DNA from: a virus
Lineage: Duplodnaviria; Caudoviricetes
Length of the DNA stretch: 64,000 nt
Reading direction: 5' to 3' (one strand)
IMG/VR virus record: IMGVR_UViG_3300029305_003178
Location: 1-64,000 of that record
Position numbers and translations under genes: made by a program. How positions within the stretch are numbered: the stretch's first letter is position 1; the number at the start of each line of letters is the position of its first letter. The notes under the pieces were generated by a model. It searched no databases. It had not been told where the DNA came from and saw only the letters and a list, made by a program, of their open reading frames with translations. Below, in pieces: positions 1 to 10,218 of this stretch.

Positions 1-297
1 CATCCCAATAAAGATAAAATTAATTGGTCTGGTATTTGTCGGTATCAAATCTTGAGTGAATCTTTTATGAAAGAACACCAATTTTATCTTGATTGGGATG
101 CAGTGTCACAATATCAGAAATTATCTGATAAATTTATGAGAGAATTTGATACTGCAGTTAATTTTAATCTAATATCGCAATATCAGATATTAAGTGAAAA
201 ATTTATTATAGACTATCATAAGAAACTAGATTTAGATATTATTGTTAAATATCAAAATTTAAGTAATGATACTATAATGAATTGGTATAGATTATAA
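1..297 (+). CDS. Tryptophan-repeat protein, 5' truncated by window edge
   Basis: Frame open from base 1; ~22-aa repeats (W/F)xxIS(R/Q)YQxLSExF (INWSGICRYQILSESF, LDWDAVSQYQKLSDKF, VNFNLISQYQILSEKF). Confidence 0.75.
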   Translation, partial: HPNKDKINWSGICRYQILSESFMKEHQFYLDWDAVSQYQKLSDKFMREFDTAVNFNLISQYQILSEKFIIDYHKKLDLDIIVKYQNLSNDTIMNWYRL

Positions 298-307
298 AAA
301 AAATAAG

Positions 308-333
308 AGGGATAGGGTTAAAACCCTATCCCT
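308..333. terminator. Bidirectional hairpin terminator
   Basis: AGGGATAGGGTT-AA-AACCCTATCCCT between convergent genes, with A/T tails. Confidence 0.85.
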
Positions 334-337
334 GTTT

Positions 338-721
338 TTATTTGTCATATAACTCCCTATGAACTTCAATAATAATTTTATATGCTCTTGTAATAAGCTG
401 ATTCATTACATTTTTGTATATCGGATTTGTTGTAATATATGTACTTTTTACAGATGTCTCGAAGTTATGACGAATCATATTGATCGCCATTTTAACAGCA
501 CTTCTATCGGGGTGCTTATCATTTCTAAATGTCTGACGATATTTATCCATTAATACAACATGGGATACTAAAGTATCTCTAAAATCTTCCATTGCTGAAA
601 TGACTGTTTTATTATATGATATATTAATCTCATCCATATCTTCGATATAGTTTGTAATTCCATTATTCATCTCATCTACGATTGCCATGAGATATACATT
701 GGGATATTCAAATTTTTTCAT
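338..721 (-). CDS. Hypothetical protein
   Basis: 127-aa ORF with AAAGGAG SD, coupled to upstream gene. Confidence 0.8.
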   Translation of the reverse strand: MKKFEYPNVYLMAIVDEMNNGITNYIEDMDEINISYNKTVISAMEDFRDTLVSHVVLMDKYRQTFRNDKHPDRSAVKMAINMIRHNFETSVKSTYITTNPIYKNVMNQLITRAYKIIIEVHRELYDK

Positions 722-723
722 AA

Positions 724-1185
724 TTATTCTCCTTTCATAACAATAATATCTGGATTAAAGATTAGGATAGAATCGACATCCCATCCATATAATCTCCAGT
801 ATAAACCGTCCATAAATAATTCAGGCTTATCTTCTTCATCTGAAAGATGTAATTGGATAGCGTCAATCCCAGATCTTATACATGCTTCAAAATCAATACA
901 ATAAGAAGATTTTACTATTGCACGGGGATCGTTTGGAAGCGCATATAGATCCATTACACTATAGATATGGTATACTTTAGCACTATCAGTTAATGTAAAT
1001 TTAAAACTGCCACCATTCAGCCAAGACATATTATTAGTATCAATACACCAAGATTTCCAATCTTGCTCAGAGCCTACTGGGGATGCCCAAAAACCTCCAT
1101 ATGGTTTAACAAATCTTTCATTTCTTACTGGATTAAATAATCTCTTATCGAATTCAGTGCATCCATAATGGATATATTCCTTCAT
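724..1185 (-). CDS. Conserved-type phage hypothetical protein (HYG...KPYGGFWASP...YGWDVDS)
   Basis: 153-aa ORF, AAGGGGG SD, TATATATTAT motif upstream on the same strand. Confidence 0.8.
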   Translation of the reverse strand: MKEYIHYGCTEFDKRLFNPVRNERFVKPYGGFWASPVGSEQDWKSWCIDTNNMSWLNGGSFKFTLTDSAKVYHIYSVMDLYALPNDPRAIVKSSYCIDFEACIRSGIDAIQLHLSDEEDKPELFMDGLYWRLYGWDVDSILIFNPDIIVMKGE

Positions 1186-1251
1186 AGTTGTATACCCCCT
1201 TTATATGTCTTAGGAACATAGAAAATTCCATTATATATTAACTTCACAATA

Positions 1252-1304
1252 ATAATATATATTTATTTTTTGATAATTTTACTTAATTTATAAATATATA
1301 TTAT
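1252..1304. promoter_or_regulatory. Divergent pair of early-type promoters (AATATATATTAT)
   Basis: Motif on - strand at 1252-1263 and on + strand at 1293-1304, each facing a gene; same motif recurs ahead of other early units. Confidence 0.65.
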
Positions 1305-1361
1305 AATACCGAATAAAACAAATATAATGAAATTTAAATAAATGAAAGCAGGTGACACACT

Positions 1362-3485
1362 ATGGGAAAAAATTCTAAAGATATACTTCATAAGTTAGAA
1401 AAGCCAATGTCTAATGAGTATATTACAAAAGGAAAGTATATTAATAGAGAATTATCTTGGTTGGAGTTTAATAAAAGAGTTTTAATCCAGTCTATTAGAA
1501 AAGATATTCCTCTGTTAGAGAAAACAAATTTCCTTTCCATCACATCATCTAATATGGATGAATTCATCATGGTTCGTTTCGCAACCGTAATCAATAGATT
1601 ACGCAATAATAAAAAATCCGACGACATTTCAGGAATGAAACCATGGCATGAATATAAAGCCGTATTAGATGGTATTAAAAAATTTAAAGAAGCTCAAGAA
1701 GATTGTTGTGAATTAATTTTGAAGAAATTAACTAATAATAATATTAAATTAGTGACATTCGATGAGTTAAATAATAATGAAAGAAATTATATTAGAAAGA
1801 TTTTCTTAAATAGTATTTATCCATTATTAACACCAATTAGTTATGACACAACAAAGGCTTTTCCTAAAATGGAGAGTGGTCAGCATGTAATAGCAGTATC
1901 TATTGAAGATAAAGTAACTAATAAACAAGGTATTTATTTCATTCCATTATCTAAAAACTTAACTCCAATTTATAAGTTATTGGATAAAAACGGTGTGAAA
2001 TATATTACCTTAGAAGAAATCATTTTTGGTTATCTTAATCATATCTTCCATAATAAAGCTATCCTCGAATATGGTTGTATTAAGGTATTAAAAGAAGCTG
2101 ACTTTGAATTAGATCATAATGAAGATGTTTATATTATTGATAGAATGGCAAATACTTTAGAGGCAAGAAAATATGGTGATGTAATTTACATGGACGTTTC
2201 TAGTAGTTATTCTAAGTCTTTTATTAAATTGCTGACAAAGATTTTTGATATCGATAAGAACCATGTATTTGTATATGATTCTTTATTTAATTTTGCAGCA
2301 TTGAATAAAATCGAACCATTGGATGATTCTATGACATATAAAAAGTTCAATCCTCAGTATCCTACTGAGTTGATTGGTGAACATTCCATGTTTTCTGCTA
2401 TTGATAATGATGATATCTTGATTCATAATCCTTATGAATCTTATGATCCTGTAATTAAATTCTTAGAGCATGCGTCTAATGATCCGGATGTATTAGCTAT
2501 TAAACAAACTCTTTATAGAGTGTCATCTGTAGATTCTCCTATTGTAGAAGCATTGTGTAATGCTGCTAGAAACGGTAAACAAGTTTCAGTATTATTAGAA
2601 ATTAAAGCAAGATTTGATGAAGCGAGAAACTTATCTCTCATTGATAAAATGGATAAATCCGGAATCCAGTTATTATATGGTGATGAAATGCTTAAAACAC
2701 ATTGTAAGTTTATCGTAATTGTAAAGAAATATAAGAATAGATTAAAACTCTATTCTCATGTATCTACTGGTAATTACAATGATAAAACCTCCAAACTGTA
2801 TACAGATATTTCTTATTTCACATCAAATCATAAATTCGGACAAGATCTAATTACAATGTTTAATATCTTATCTAGGTCTTCTGAACCAGTAAGAGTAATC
2901 AATAAGCTGTATTTTGCACCATATAACTTGAGAAGTAAACTCAATGAGGAAATAGATGAATGTATCAAATATGCTAAAAAAGGTGGCAACCCTATTATTA
3001 CAATTAAGGTCAATTCCATCTCTGATAAGGACATTATTGATAAATTATACGATGCATCTAAAGCAGGTGTTCATGTACATATTTTCTGTAGAGGAATTTG
3101 TTCTATGAAACCTATCAATGATCGTATAATGATCAAAAGTCTTATCGGTAGATATCTTGAACATTCTAGAATGTATTACTTCAATAATGGTAAAAACAGT
3201 CGAGTTTACTTATCGTCTGCAGATCTTTTAACAAGAAATCTTGATAAAAGATTTGAGTTACTTGTACCAATAGTTTCAGATACATCTAAGACTAAATTAT
3301 TGAAAATATTATCTTTATATTATAAAGATACTTTCAATTCTTTCCAGATGAATAAACATGGTATATACGAAAAAGTAGAATCTGATAAGAATATTAATAT
3401 TCATGAAATTTTCATGAATGAAGCTATTCAAAACTATAAACTGAAATCTATTCCTAAATTAGTAGGAGTAAATAAAAAGAAATGA
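1362..3485 (+). CDS. ppk1: Polyphosphate kinase 1
   Basis: YINRELSWLEFNKRVL, SSNMDEFIMVR, HNPYESYDPV, AIKQTLYR, EIKARFDE, KTHCK (phospho-His), STGNYN, GRYLEHSR, SSADLLTRNLDKRFE; 707 aa full length. Confidence 0.97.
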   Translation: MGKNSKDILHKLEKPMSNEYITKGKYINRELSWLEFNKRVLIQSIRKDIPLLEKTNFLSITSSNMDEFIMVRFATVINRLRNNKKSDDISGMKPWHEYKAVLDGIKKFKEAQEDCCELILKKLTNNNIKLVTFDELNNNERNYIRKIFLNSIYPLLTPISYDTTKAFPKMESGQHVIAVSIEDKVTNKQGIYFIPLSKNLTPIYKLLDKNGVKYITLEEIIFGYLNHIFHNKAILEYGCIKVLKEADFELDHNEDVYIIDRMANTLEARKYGDVIYMDVSSSYSKSFIKLLTKIFDIDKNHVFVYDSLFNFAALNKIEPLDDSMTYKKFNPQYPTELIGEHSMFSAIDNDDILIHNPYESYDPVIKFLEHASNDPDVLAIKQTLYRVSSVDSPIVEALCNAARNGKQVSVLLEIKARFDEARNLSLIDKMDKSGIQLLYGDEMLKTHCKFIVIVKKYKNRLKLYSHVSTGNYNDKTSKLYTDISYFTSNHKFGQDLITMFNILSRSSEPVRVINKLYFAPYNLRSKLNEEIDECIKYAKKGGNPIITIKVNSISDKDIIDKLYDASKAGVHVHIFCRGICSMKPINDRIMIKSLIGRYLEHSRMYYFNNGKNSRVYLSSADLLTRNLDKRFELLVPIVSDTSKTKLLKILSLYYKDTFNSFQMNKHGIYEKVESDKNINIHEIFMNEAIQNYKLKSIPKLVGVNKKK

Positions 3486-3492
3486 CAAAAGA

Positions 3493-3527
3493 AAAGGTAG
3501 ATAGAGAATCAATCTCTATCTACCTTT
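3493..3527. terminator. Bidirectional hairpin terminator
   Basis: AAAGGTAGATAGAG-AATCAAT-CTCTATCTACCTTT between convergent genes. Confidence 0.85.
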
Positions 3528-3568
3528 ATTTATATTAAGTTACTTTTTTTTGTATATATTAACGAATA

Positions 3569-6500
3569 TTAGAATTCGATAACTTCACCTTCAGCAACTT
3601 CTTTGAACCAGATACCACCGATTGCCAGAGTATCACCAGGATCTGTAGCACCAACGTGGATCAGTTTCTGGTATTTACCATTGCCCAGTAAAGGCATGTT
3701 CTGTTCGCCAGCCTGAGGAGCGGGAACGAAACCAGATTTACCAGCAGCAGATGCTGTAGCACCAACCATAACAACGGGAGCTTCCCATGTACCGTTAGCA
3801 GCCAGGAATTTACCTGTAGAACCATCAGCAGCGGGAACCAGACCGTGTGCAGAACCAGCGAAATCTTCGTATGTTGTATCTGTGATAGCAACACCCAGAC
3901 CAGCGATGTCTTCTTTAGTGATAGCATCACCAATTACAACATGACCTTCAGCGTCATTACCAACTTTAACGAATGCAGCTGTTTTAGCTTCCTGTGTATG
4001 GTGTACATATTTGTTAGCACCATCTTCAACATTCAGGATTGCACGAACCTGTTCAGCTGTCAGATCAGCAGGAGCACCAGCTGTGTCGCCAGCGTTACCT
4101 TTGATTGTTTTAGCAGCCATGTTAGCCAGTTTAGCGTTTGTAACTGTACCGTCAACAACAGCTTCTGTACCGATTTCAGCCCATGTACCATCAGCTTTCA
4201 GGAATTTACCCTGTTCACCAGCCTGAGGAGCAGGAACTAAACCTGTTGTACCAGCAGCACCAGCTTCAGCGCCTACGAATACATCTGTGTTGGACTGAAT
4301 TACGATCCAGTTAGCAGCAACTGTTGTGTAAGTGTCAGCTGTAGCTTCTGCTGTACCATCTACAGTACAGATAACCATGTCGCCAACTTCAACAGCGATA
4401 CCATTGATCATACCAGCAGCAGATACTTTGTAAGCTTCACCAGCATTACCAGCAGGTGTCAGAGCACCATATGCACCAGCAGAACCACCAGCAATAGCAC
4501 CTTTCAGTACCATAGCATCGTTAGCACCTAACAGACTGTCAGCGTATTCTTTAACAGCTTTTTCTGTAGCCAGAGTTTTATCTGTAACTACACCAGCCAG
4601 AGAAGCGCCGCCAATAGCTACATCAGAACCAACGATTGTACCATTAGCATCTGTTACAACGATTTTGTTTACGATACCTGTCAGTTTACCATCGTTTGTG
4701 ATGTTACCATGAACATGTGTATCCAGTTTGTTTTCAACCGCATCAATTTCATTTTCAACTTTGGAGAATGCTTTTGCGATTGTATCTTCAGCAGCTACAG
4801 CACCAGTTGCACTAGCATCTTTGGAGTAACCGCCCAGTGTAATACCAGCGATATCAGCATATGTCAGTTCTGTACCACTTGTAACACCAACAGCAACTTT
4901 ACCTGTCTGAGCAGATTTAACAGCCAGGTATGTGTCGTCGTTCTGAGGAACAGCCCAAGAACCGTCGGCAGCCAGGAATTTACCAGCTTCTGCTGTGGAT
5001 GTAGGAACTAAGCCAGCTTCAGAACCAGCAAATTCAGCATATGTTGTGTCATGAGGAACTGTCCACTGACCGTCAGCACCCAGGTAAGCACCTTCAGCAC
5101 CTTCGGATTCGGGAACCAGACCTGCAGCACTACCAGCGAATTCAGCATATGTTGTTTCTGCTTTCCATGTACCATCAGCAGCCAGGAATTTACCATCAGC
5201 AGCAGTAGGAGCAGGAACTAAGCCGTCTTTACCAACAGCAAACTGTTCATATGTTGTATCCTGAGGTTTTGTCCACTGACCTTTAGCATCCAGGTACATA
5301 CCTTCAGCACCTTCAGATGCAGGAACCAGACCATGAGCAGAACCAGCGAAATCTTCATATGTTGTATCTACAGGAACTGTCCAGTTACCTTCAGCATCCA
5401 GGAATGCACCTTCAGGAGCATCTGTAGCTTCAGGAACTAAGCCATGACCAGCACCAGCGAAATCTTCGTATGTTGTTTCTTCAACCCATTCGCCATTACC
5501 AGCCAGGAACTTACCAGCATCAGCAGCTGTTGCAGTAGGAACCAGACCAGCTTCGGAACCAGCGAATTCTTCGTATGTTGTATCTGTGAATTTAGCGTCA
5601 GCAGGTACGCTTACACCGATTGTGAAACCGGAGTCTTTAACAACTTTACCTGTTGCACCATCAAAGATAGCAACGTGAGCATCAACGGAGCTTGCAGGAC
5701 CTGTTACAGCACCATCAATGTTTGTCTGAACAACTGTCCAGTTAGCAGGTGTATTTTCAGCTGTACCATCTACAGTACAGATGATCATATCACCAATTTC
5801 TACAGCGAAACCACCAATTGTACCAGCTTCGGATGCTTTATAAGCATGACCAGCTTCAGCAGCAGGCAGAGTAGCGCCATTTGCCAGTGTGCCTTTGAAT
5901 ACCATAGCATCGTTAGCAGCGATTCTGCTATCAGCGTAAGCTTTAACAGCTTCCAGTGTAGGCAGAGCAGCTTTTTCAGCATCTGTAGGAGCATCGCCGA
6001 TAGATTCAGCAACTACTCTTTCAGCAGCGTCGCCCAGAACTACAGCACCAGCACCCAGAACAACTTTTTCAGCATCATCTGTTACAGCAACTGTATTTAC
6101 CAGATCGGGTTTACCAGTGATGTTTGCCCATGTCAGGTCAGAGATATAAGCGATTGTGTGTTCTTCGTTATATACCAGATGACCATCTTCAGCTTCTTCG
6201 AACAGCTGTGTGAAATCAACAGCAGCATCGATTTCTGTTACAGTTGCATCAGGAGTACCACTGATAGCATCCCATGTCATTTCAGGCAGGTCTGTAGCAG
6301 CATCGAAGGAAGCTTTCTTCAGAGTTTTATTAGGTTTTACTGTATACAGATCGTATGCATCACCAGCCAGAACTGTCAGTACTGTACCAGCTTCAACGAA
6401 ATCTTTATTCAGTGCTAACCATGCATTTGCAGCGTCTGTGGAAGCAAATACTTTATTAGAACCGATCACCTGAGGTGTTTTATCGGATTTAATTACATAG

Positions 6501-6718
6501 AAGGAATAATCTTTAGCACCGTTTTCAGCACCAACTGTACCGTTAGCAACAGCGATAACCTGACCAGCGTAAGATGTAGGACCAGCCAGATATTCGATCA
6601 TATCCGCATATGTGTTAAATACTGAAGATGGATCCAGAGGAATTGGATTAGTTCTTGTGTACATCTTCAGTGCAGAGAAAATATTATTCTTGTATAAGTC
6701 TGTGTATACCATACTCAT
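3569..6718 (-). CDS. Repetitive virion fibre-like protein
   Basis: 1049 aa, Ala/Gly/Thr/acidic; GLVP...GKFL..DG.W repeats and a duplicated ANDAMV(F/L)KG...GDM(I/V)ICTVDGT domain of phage-fibre type. Confidence 0.8.
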   Translation of the reverse strand: MSMVYTDLYKNNIFSALKMYTRTNPIPLDPSSVFNTYADMIEYLAGPTSYAGQVIAVANGTVGAENGAKDYSFYVIKSDKTPQVIGSNKVFASTDAANAWLALNKDFVEAGTVLTVLAGDAYDLYTVKPNKTLKKASFDAATDLPEMTWDAISGTPDATVTEIDAAVDFTQLFEEAEDGHLVYNEEHTIAYISDLTWANITGKPDLVNTVAVTDDAEKVVLGAGAVVLGDAAERVVAESIGDAPTDAEKAALPTLEAVKAYADSRIAANDAMVFKGTLANGATLPAAEAGHAYKASEAGTIGGFAVEIGDMIICTVDGTAENTPANWTVVQTNIDGAVTGPASSVDAHVAIFDGATGKVVKDSGFTIGVSVPADAKFTDTTYEEFAGSEAGLVPTATAADAGKFLAGNGEWVEETTYEDFAGAGHGLVPEATDAPEGAFLDAEGNWTVPVDTTYEDFAGSAHGLVPASEGAEGMYLDAKGQWTKPQDTTYEQFAVGKDGLVPAPTAADGKFLAADGTWKAETTYAEFAGSAAGLVPESEGAEGAYLGADGQWTVPHDTTYAEFAGSEAGLVPTSTAEAGKFLAADGSWAVPQNDDTYLAVKSAQTGKVAVGVTSGTELTYADIAGITLGGYSKDASATGAVAAEDTIAKAFSKVENEIDAVENKLDTHVHGNITNDGKLTGIVNKIVVTDANGTIVGSDVAIGGASLAGVVTDKTLATEKAVKEYADSLLGANDAMVLKGAIAGGSAGAYGALTPAGNAGEAYKVSAAGMINGIAVEVGDMVICTVDGTAEATADTYTTVAANWIVIQSNTDVFVGAEAGAAGTTGLVPAPQAGEQGKFLKADGTWAEIGTEAVVDGTVTNAKLANMAAKTIKGNAGDTAGAPADLTAEQVRAILNVEDGANKYVHHTQEAKTAAFVKVGNDAEGHVVIGDAITKEDIAGLGVAITDTTYEDFAGSAHGLVPAADGSTGKFLAANGTWEAPVVMVGATASAAGKSGFVPAPQAGEQNMPLLGNGKYQKLIHVGATDPGDTLAIGGIWFKEVAEGEVIEF
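4950..5590 (-). repeat. Six tandem ~35-aa repeats TTYE(E/D)FAGSxxGLVP...GKFLAADGxW
   Basis: Read from the translation; further copies near the C-terminus. Confidence 0.9.
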
Positions 6719-6736
6719 TGTTTACTTCCCCCTCTC

Positions 6737-7651
6737 TTAAATTGTAACAGCGAATGTTGCTGCTGCAGGCAGAGCGGATGTTTTCATTACATATACTTTG
6801 TAATCAACACCAGCATCATCGCCAGCACCTTTAACATTAACCAGAGTGTAATTGAACAGACCCTTGGATTCGTCGTTACCAGCTTCAACGTATTTAACGC
6901 TTGTAACGTCTCTCAGAGTCGCGGGGTAAGCAAACACAACAGTTGTGTCACCAGCTGCAGCAGCTACAGAGAATGTTGTGTTGTTAGCAGCACCTTTTGT
7001 ACTACCTGTCATACCTCTAACGCCGTCGGAATCTGCAGGAGCATCGCCAACCATAGCGCCATAGAAGTATTTTCTGTAACCACTGAATGTGATTGTCTGT
7101 GCAGAGTCTTTAGAACCTGCTTTAATAGATGTAGAAGCATAAGGTTCGCCGAAGTTGTCGTTTTTAACAGCACCAGCTTCATATGCTACTGTGGATGTGT
7201 ATTTAATATCGGATGTACCGATTACGATGGAGTCTGTGAATGTTTCTGTCAGACCTGTGCCACCAGATGTAATAGCAGTACCATTTTTCTTAATTACATG
7301 AGATGTAACTGCACCTGCATCATTTTTTGTGAATGTAGATGTCAGTGTAGGGCTCAGTTTTGTACCTACTTCATAAGAACCTGCTGTTTCGCCACTTACT
7401 ACGATTTTCAGTGAAGGTGCAGAATATGTAGGAGGGATCTGCTGCTGAACCAGTTTTTTAATAATAGAGTTTAAATCTGTACCAGCTGCGATTTTTTCAC
7501 CAGGTTTCATAGAACCCAGAGGTGCGGACAGCATGATTTCGATTTCTTCAGTTGTTTTAATATTCTGGGCTTTGGAGATAGGGAACAGTGTCATTTCTTC
7601 GCCAGAGCCATCAGGATTAGGAACCTTAATTAAGCTATCGATACTAGCCAT
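6737..7651 (-). CDS. Putative virion structural protein
   Basis: 304 aa, beta-rich Thr/Ala/Gly composition, late-type promoter upstream, same codon bias as the fibre gene. Confidence 0.7.
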   Translation of the reverse strand: MASIDSLIKVPNPDGSGEEMTLFPISKAQNIKTTEEIEIMLSAPLGSMKPGEKIAAGTDLNSIIKKLVQQQIPPTYSAPSLKIVVSGETAGSYEVGTKLSPTLTSTFTKNDAGAVTSHVIKKNGTAITSGGTGLTETFTDSIVIGTSDIKYTSTVAYEAGAVKNDNFGEPYASTSIKAGSKDSAQTITFSGYRKYFYGAMVGDAPADSDGVRGMTGSTKGAANNTTFSVAAAAGDTTVVFAYPATLRDVTSVKYVEAGNDESKGLFNYTLVNVKGAGDDAGVDYKVYVMKTSALPAAATFAVTI

Positions 7652-7729
7652 TTAGAATCATCCTTTCTTTTATATACATAACGTATATGTTATTTTGGTT
7701 TTTGTTTAAACCAATATTTCATATTGGTT

Positions 7730-7741
7730 TACAATATTGTT
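7730..7741 (-). promoter_or_regulatory. Late-type promoter AACA-N6-TA
   Basis: AACA-ATATTG-TA upstream of 7651; motif recurs before most structural operons. Confidence 0.65.
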
Positions 7742-7777
7742 TAAAATATTTATTGACGATGATTAATATAATTACGC

Positions 7778-8173
7778 TTAATTTATGATAGTTATATCCA
7801 TATTCATTGCACCACTGGGCATATCTACTGAATACATTGTTATCGTACCATCACCTTCTGTTGATACTGGTAGTAAACCACAATTTGTAGATATATCATA
7901 ACTTATAATATCTGATAAATCTATTGTGACTAAAGAATTTGGTGTAACAACATCGGAACGAAAAATATATTCATAATACCCAGATGTTTCATTAAATGTA
8001 AACCCAGTAATACTTTGATTACTAAGAGTTACTTTATTTACTAATTCATCTTTATTTGCTTTATTTTTAAGCAAACTATCTATATATTCTCTCATATCTC
8101 CATTAGCACTTTCTATTCTAGCAACAATTCTAGTCCAAAAATGCGCTAATCCATTATTGTCTAACCATCCCAT
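7778..8173 (-). CDS. Small virion/fibre-associated protein
   Basis: WLDNNGLAHFW N-terminal fibre motif; C-terminal domain shared with 51811..52197 and 48522..51788. Confidence 0.7.
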   Translation of the reverse strand: MGWLDNNGLAHFWTRIVARIESANGDMREYIDSLLKNKANKDELVNKVTLSNQSITGFTFNETSGYYEYIFRSDVVTPNSLVTIDLSDIISYDISTNCGLLPVSTEGDGTITMYSVDMPSGAMNMDITIIN

Positions 8174-8196
8174 TATATGTACTTCCTTTCAATATA

Positions 8197-9393
8197 TTAT
8201 TCAAATGCAAGACCGGACTCTGTAAGTATTAACCGTTGAGGTTCAAAATCACCATATTTTAACCATATACCATCAGATGGAAAGTTTATAATTTCTGCTT
8301 CATATATGCTATTGGTAGTAGTCCATATCGCACCATCATATGAGTATGATATTTTATTTGAATTACGGCCTATAAATACGAATCTACTACATCCAAAGTT
8401 AATAGATGACCAAGAACTACTCATTTCTAATTCGGATTGATTCCATATTATACCATCATCCGAATATGCAACAACATTAGAGCCTTCTGGAATACATACA
8501 AATCTATTATTTGCAAAAACACTAGAATACCATGTCTGCGATGATGGCATAGTTATTTCTGTCCATGTTTCACCGAAATCATCAGTATATGCTGCATAAT
8601 CGCTGTCACATATTGCAACAACACGACCATTACCACCAACAACAGTATTCCATCCTGCAGCAGATGGTAATGTAAATTCAGTCCAATTTATACCATCTGT
8701 TGATTTTAAGCCAATAGATTGATTATATGGAACTATCATAAACATACCATCGGAATATGACATTGCACACCAACCACCTTTGATTGGTAACTCACCCTTA
8801 ACCCAATCGATACCATTTTCTGAATATGCATATACTTTAGAATTATATGGTATAATTACGAATTTACCATTACCGTAAGCTGACATATTCCAATATGGTG
8901 ATGCTGGAAGAGTACCCTGAGTCCAATTAATACCATCAGTTGAATATACATATCTCGTAATACTACTACCTACACCGATAAATACACCAGATCCATATGC
9001 CGATGTTACCCAGCTGCCTGAACATGGTAATGTTACCTGATGCCATATAATACCATCGTCAGAGTATGCTGCTATATTAGTATTATTTGCAAGACATACA
9101 AATCTGCCATTACCATGTGATATAGTATGCCATTTTGTTTTTGATGGAAGACCTGCTATTCCAGTACCATTAGTGCATTTAATTACACCCGAACCAATGA
9201 TTTTCCCATAGCTACCATAACCTATATCACCATATGGAATATCTACATCGACTATGGTACTTTCGGTCATAATATTATTTATTTTTTCATCCATTTCTGT
9301 TGGGTATATTTTATTAAAATCATTAGTAACATTTTTAATTGCATTGGAGATATTTAGAAGAGTATTTTCATTTATGAAGTACTCCTTACTCAT
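8197..9393 (-). CDS. Beta-propeller (BNR/Asp-box-like) receptor-binding-type protein
   Basis: Repeats W...xxGNGxFV.....YSxDGIxW (about 7 copies). Confidence 0.8.
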   Translation of the reverse strand: MSKEYFINENTLLNISNAIKNVTNDFNKIYPTEMDEKINNIMTESTIVDVDIPYGDIGYGSYGKIIGSGVIKCTNGTGIAGLPSKTKWHTISHGNGRFVCLANNTNIAAYSDDGIIWHQVTLPCSGSWVTSAYGSGVFIGVGSSITRYVYSTDGINWTQGTLPASPYWNMSAYGNGKFVIIPYNSKVYAYSENGIDWVKGELPIKGGWCAMSYSDGMFMIVPYNQSIGLKSTDGINWTEFTLPSAAGWNTVVGGNGRVVAICDSDYAAYTDDFGETWTEITMPSSQTWYSSVFANNRFVCIPEGSNVVAYSDDGIIWNQSELEMSSSWSSINFGCSRFVFIGRNSNKISYSYDGAIWTTTNSIYEAEIINFPSDGIWLKYGDFEPQRLILTESGLAFE

Positions 9394-9468
9394 GATAATA
9401 TAACCTCCTTTCTCATTATATCTATTGAGTATTATTCGGAGATATTTCTAAAGCACTTTATTCATACA

Positions 9469-10218
9469 TTAAAATGCAATATTCTCTGCGATTTCGATAG
9501 ACATATCGCATATTTCGTTAATCTCATCAATAGTAATTGGTATCATATTATCAATCAATTTCTTTAATTCAACACCTTGATTTGCTGATAATGGTTTATT
9601 AGATACAGCCGTAGTTAAGTTATCGACAATATCGGTAACATTGACTTTAGATGTAGTTACACCATCAATCAATGATTTATTGTTTTTAATATAGGATACA
9701 ATTTCTGAAAGTTGATCGAGAGTAGTATCATCACTATCGGCAAGTGTGTTTAATCTTGTACTAAGTTTTTCTATAGAGGACTCAATATTACCTATTTCAT
9801 CATCCATAGATATTTTTTTTAATGTTTTATCTGTATTGATCACGTATAAGTTATATTTACCATCTTCTAATATGGATAATATTGAACCAGGTGTGACATT
9901 TGTACTATTATTAGCTAACCATGTATTAGCCAATGCTTTTGTCTCAAAAATATTTATACTATTTATTGCCTGGATAGATTTATCGGACCGAATGATATAT
10001 AAACCATAATCTTTGTTACCATTGCTAATATCAATAGATCCATTTGCAACAGCGATTACCTGACCAGCATAAGATGTAGGACCCGCTAAATATTCTTCCA
10101 TTTCGAGATATGTATCAAAAATTGCTGATGGATCGAGTGGTATAGGATTAGTTCTAACCCTCATTTTTAATTCTGAAAATAGTGCATTTTTATATTTTTC
10201 AGCATAACATAAGCTCAT
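9469..10218 (-). CDS. Fibre-associated protein, N-terminal paralog of 3569..6718
   Basis: Shared RTNPIPLDPS...EYLAGPTSYAGQVIAVANG; DTTLDQLSEIV and DNLTT...PLSANQG fibre motifs. Confidence 0.75.
   Translation of the reverse strand: MSLCYAEKYKNALFSELKMRVRTNPIPLDPSAIFDTYLEMEEYLAGPTSYAGQVIAVANGSIDISNGNKDYGLYIIRSDKSIQAINSINIFETKALANTWLANNSTNVTPGSILSILEDGKYNLYVINTDKTLKKISMDDEIGNIESSIEKLSTRLNTLADSDDTTLDQLSEIVSYIKNNKSLIDGVTTSKVNVTDIVDNLTTAVSNKPLSANQGVELKKLIDNMIPITIDEINEICDMSIEIAENIAF

Noticed and set aside
4950-5590. Tandem ~105-bp repeats as a CRISPR array or DGR template/variable pair
   Set aside because: In-frame coding repeats with synonymous divergence; no repeat-spacer structure, no adenine-specific mismatches, no reverse transcriptase in the window
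3661-6473. Overlapping and antisense ORFs (e.g. 5444..6418 +, 3845..4240 +)
   Set aside because: Shadows of the strongly codon-biased 1049-aa gene; no SD and unnatural Ser/Cys/Phe composition
7778-8030. Similarity to 51811-52060 as DGR VR/TR
   Set aside because: Both copies are coding and the differences are not confined to adenines
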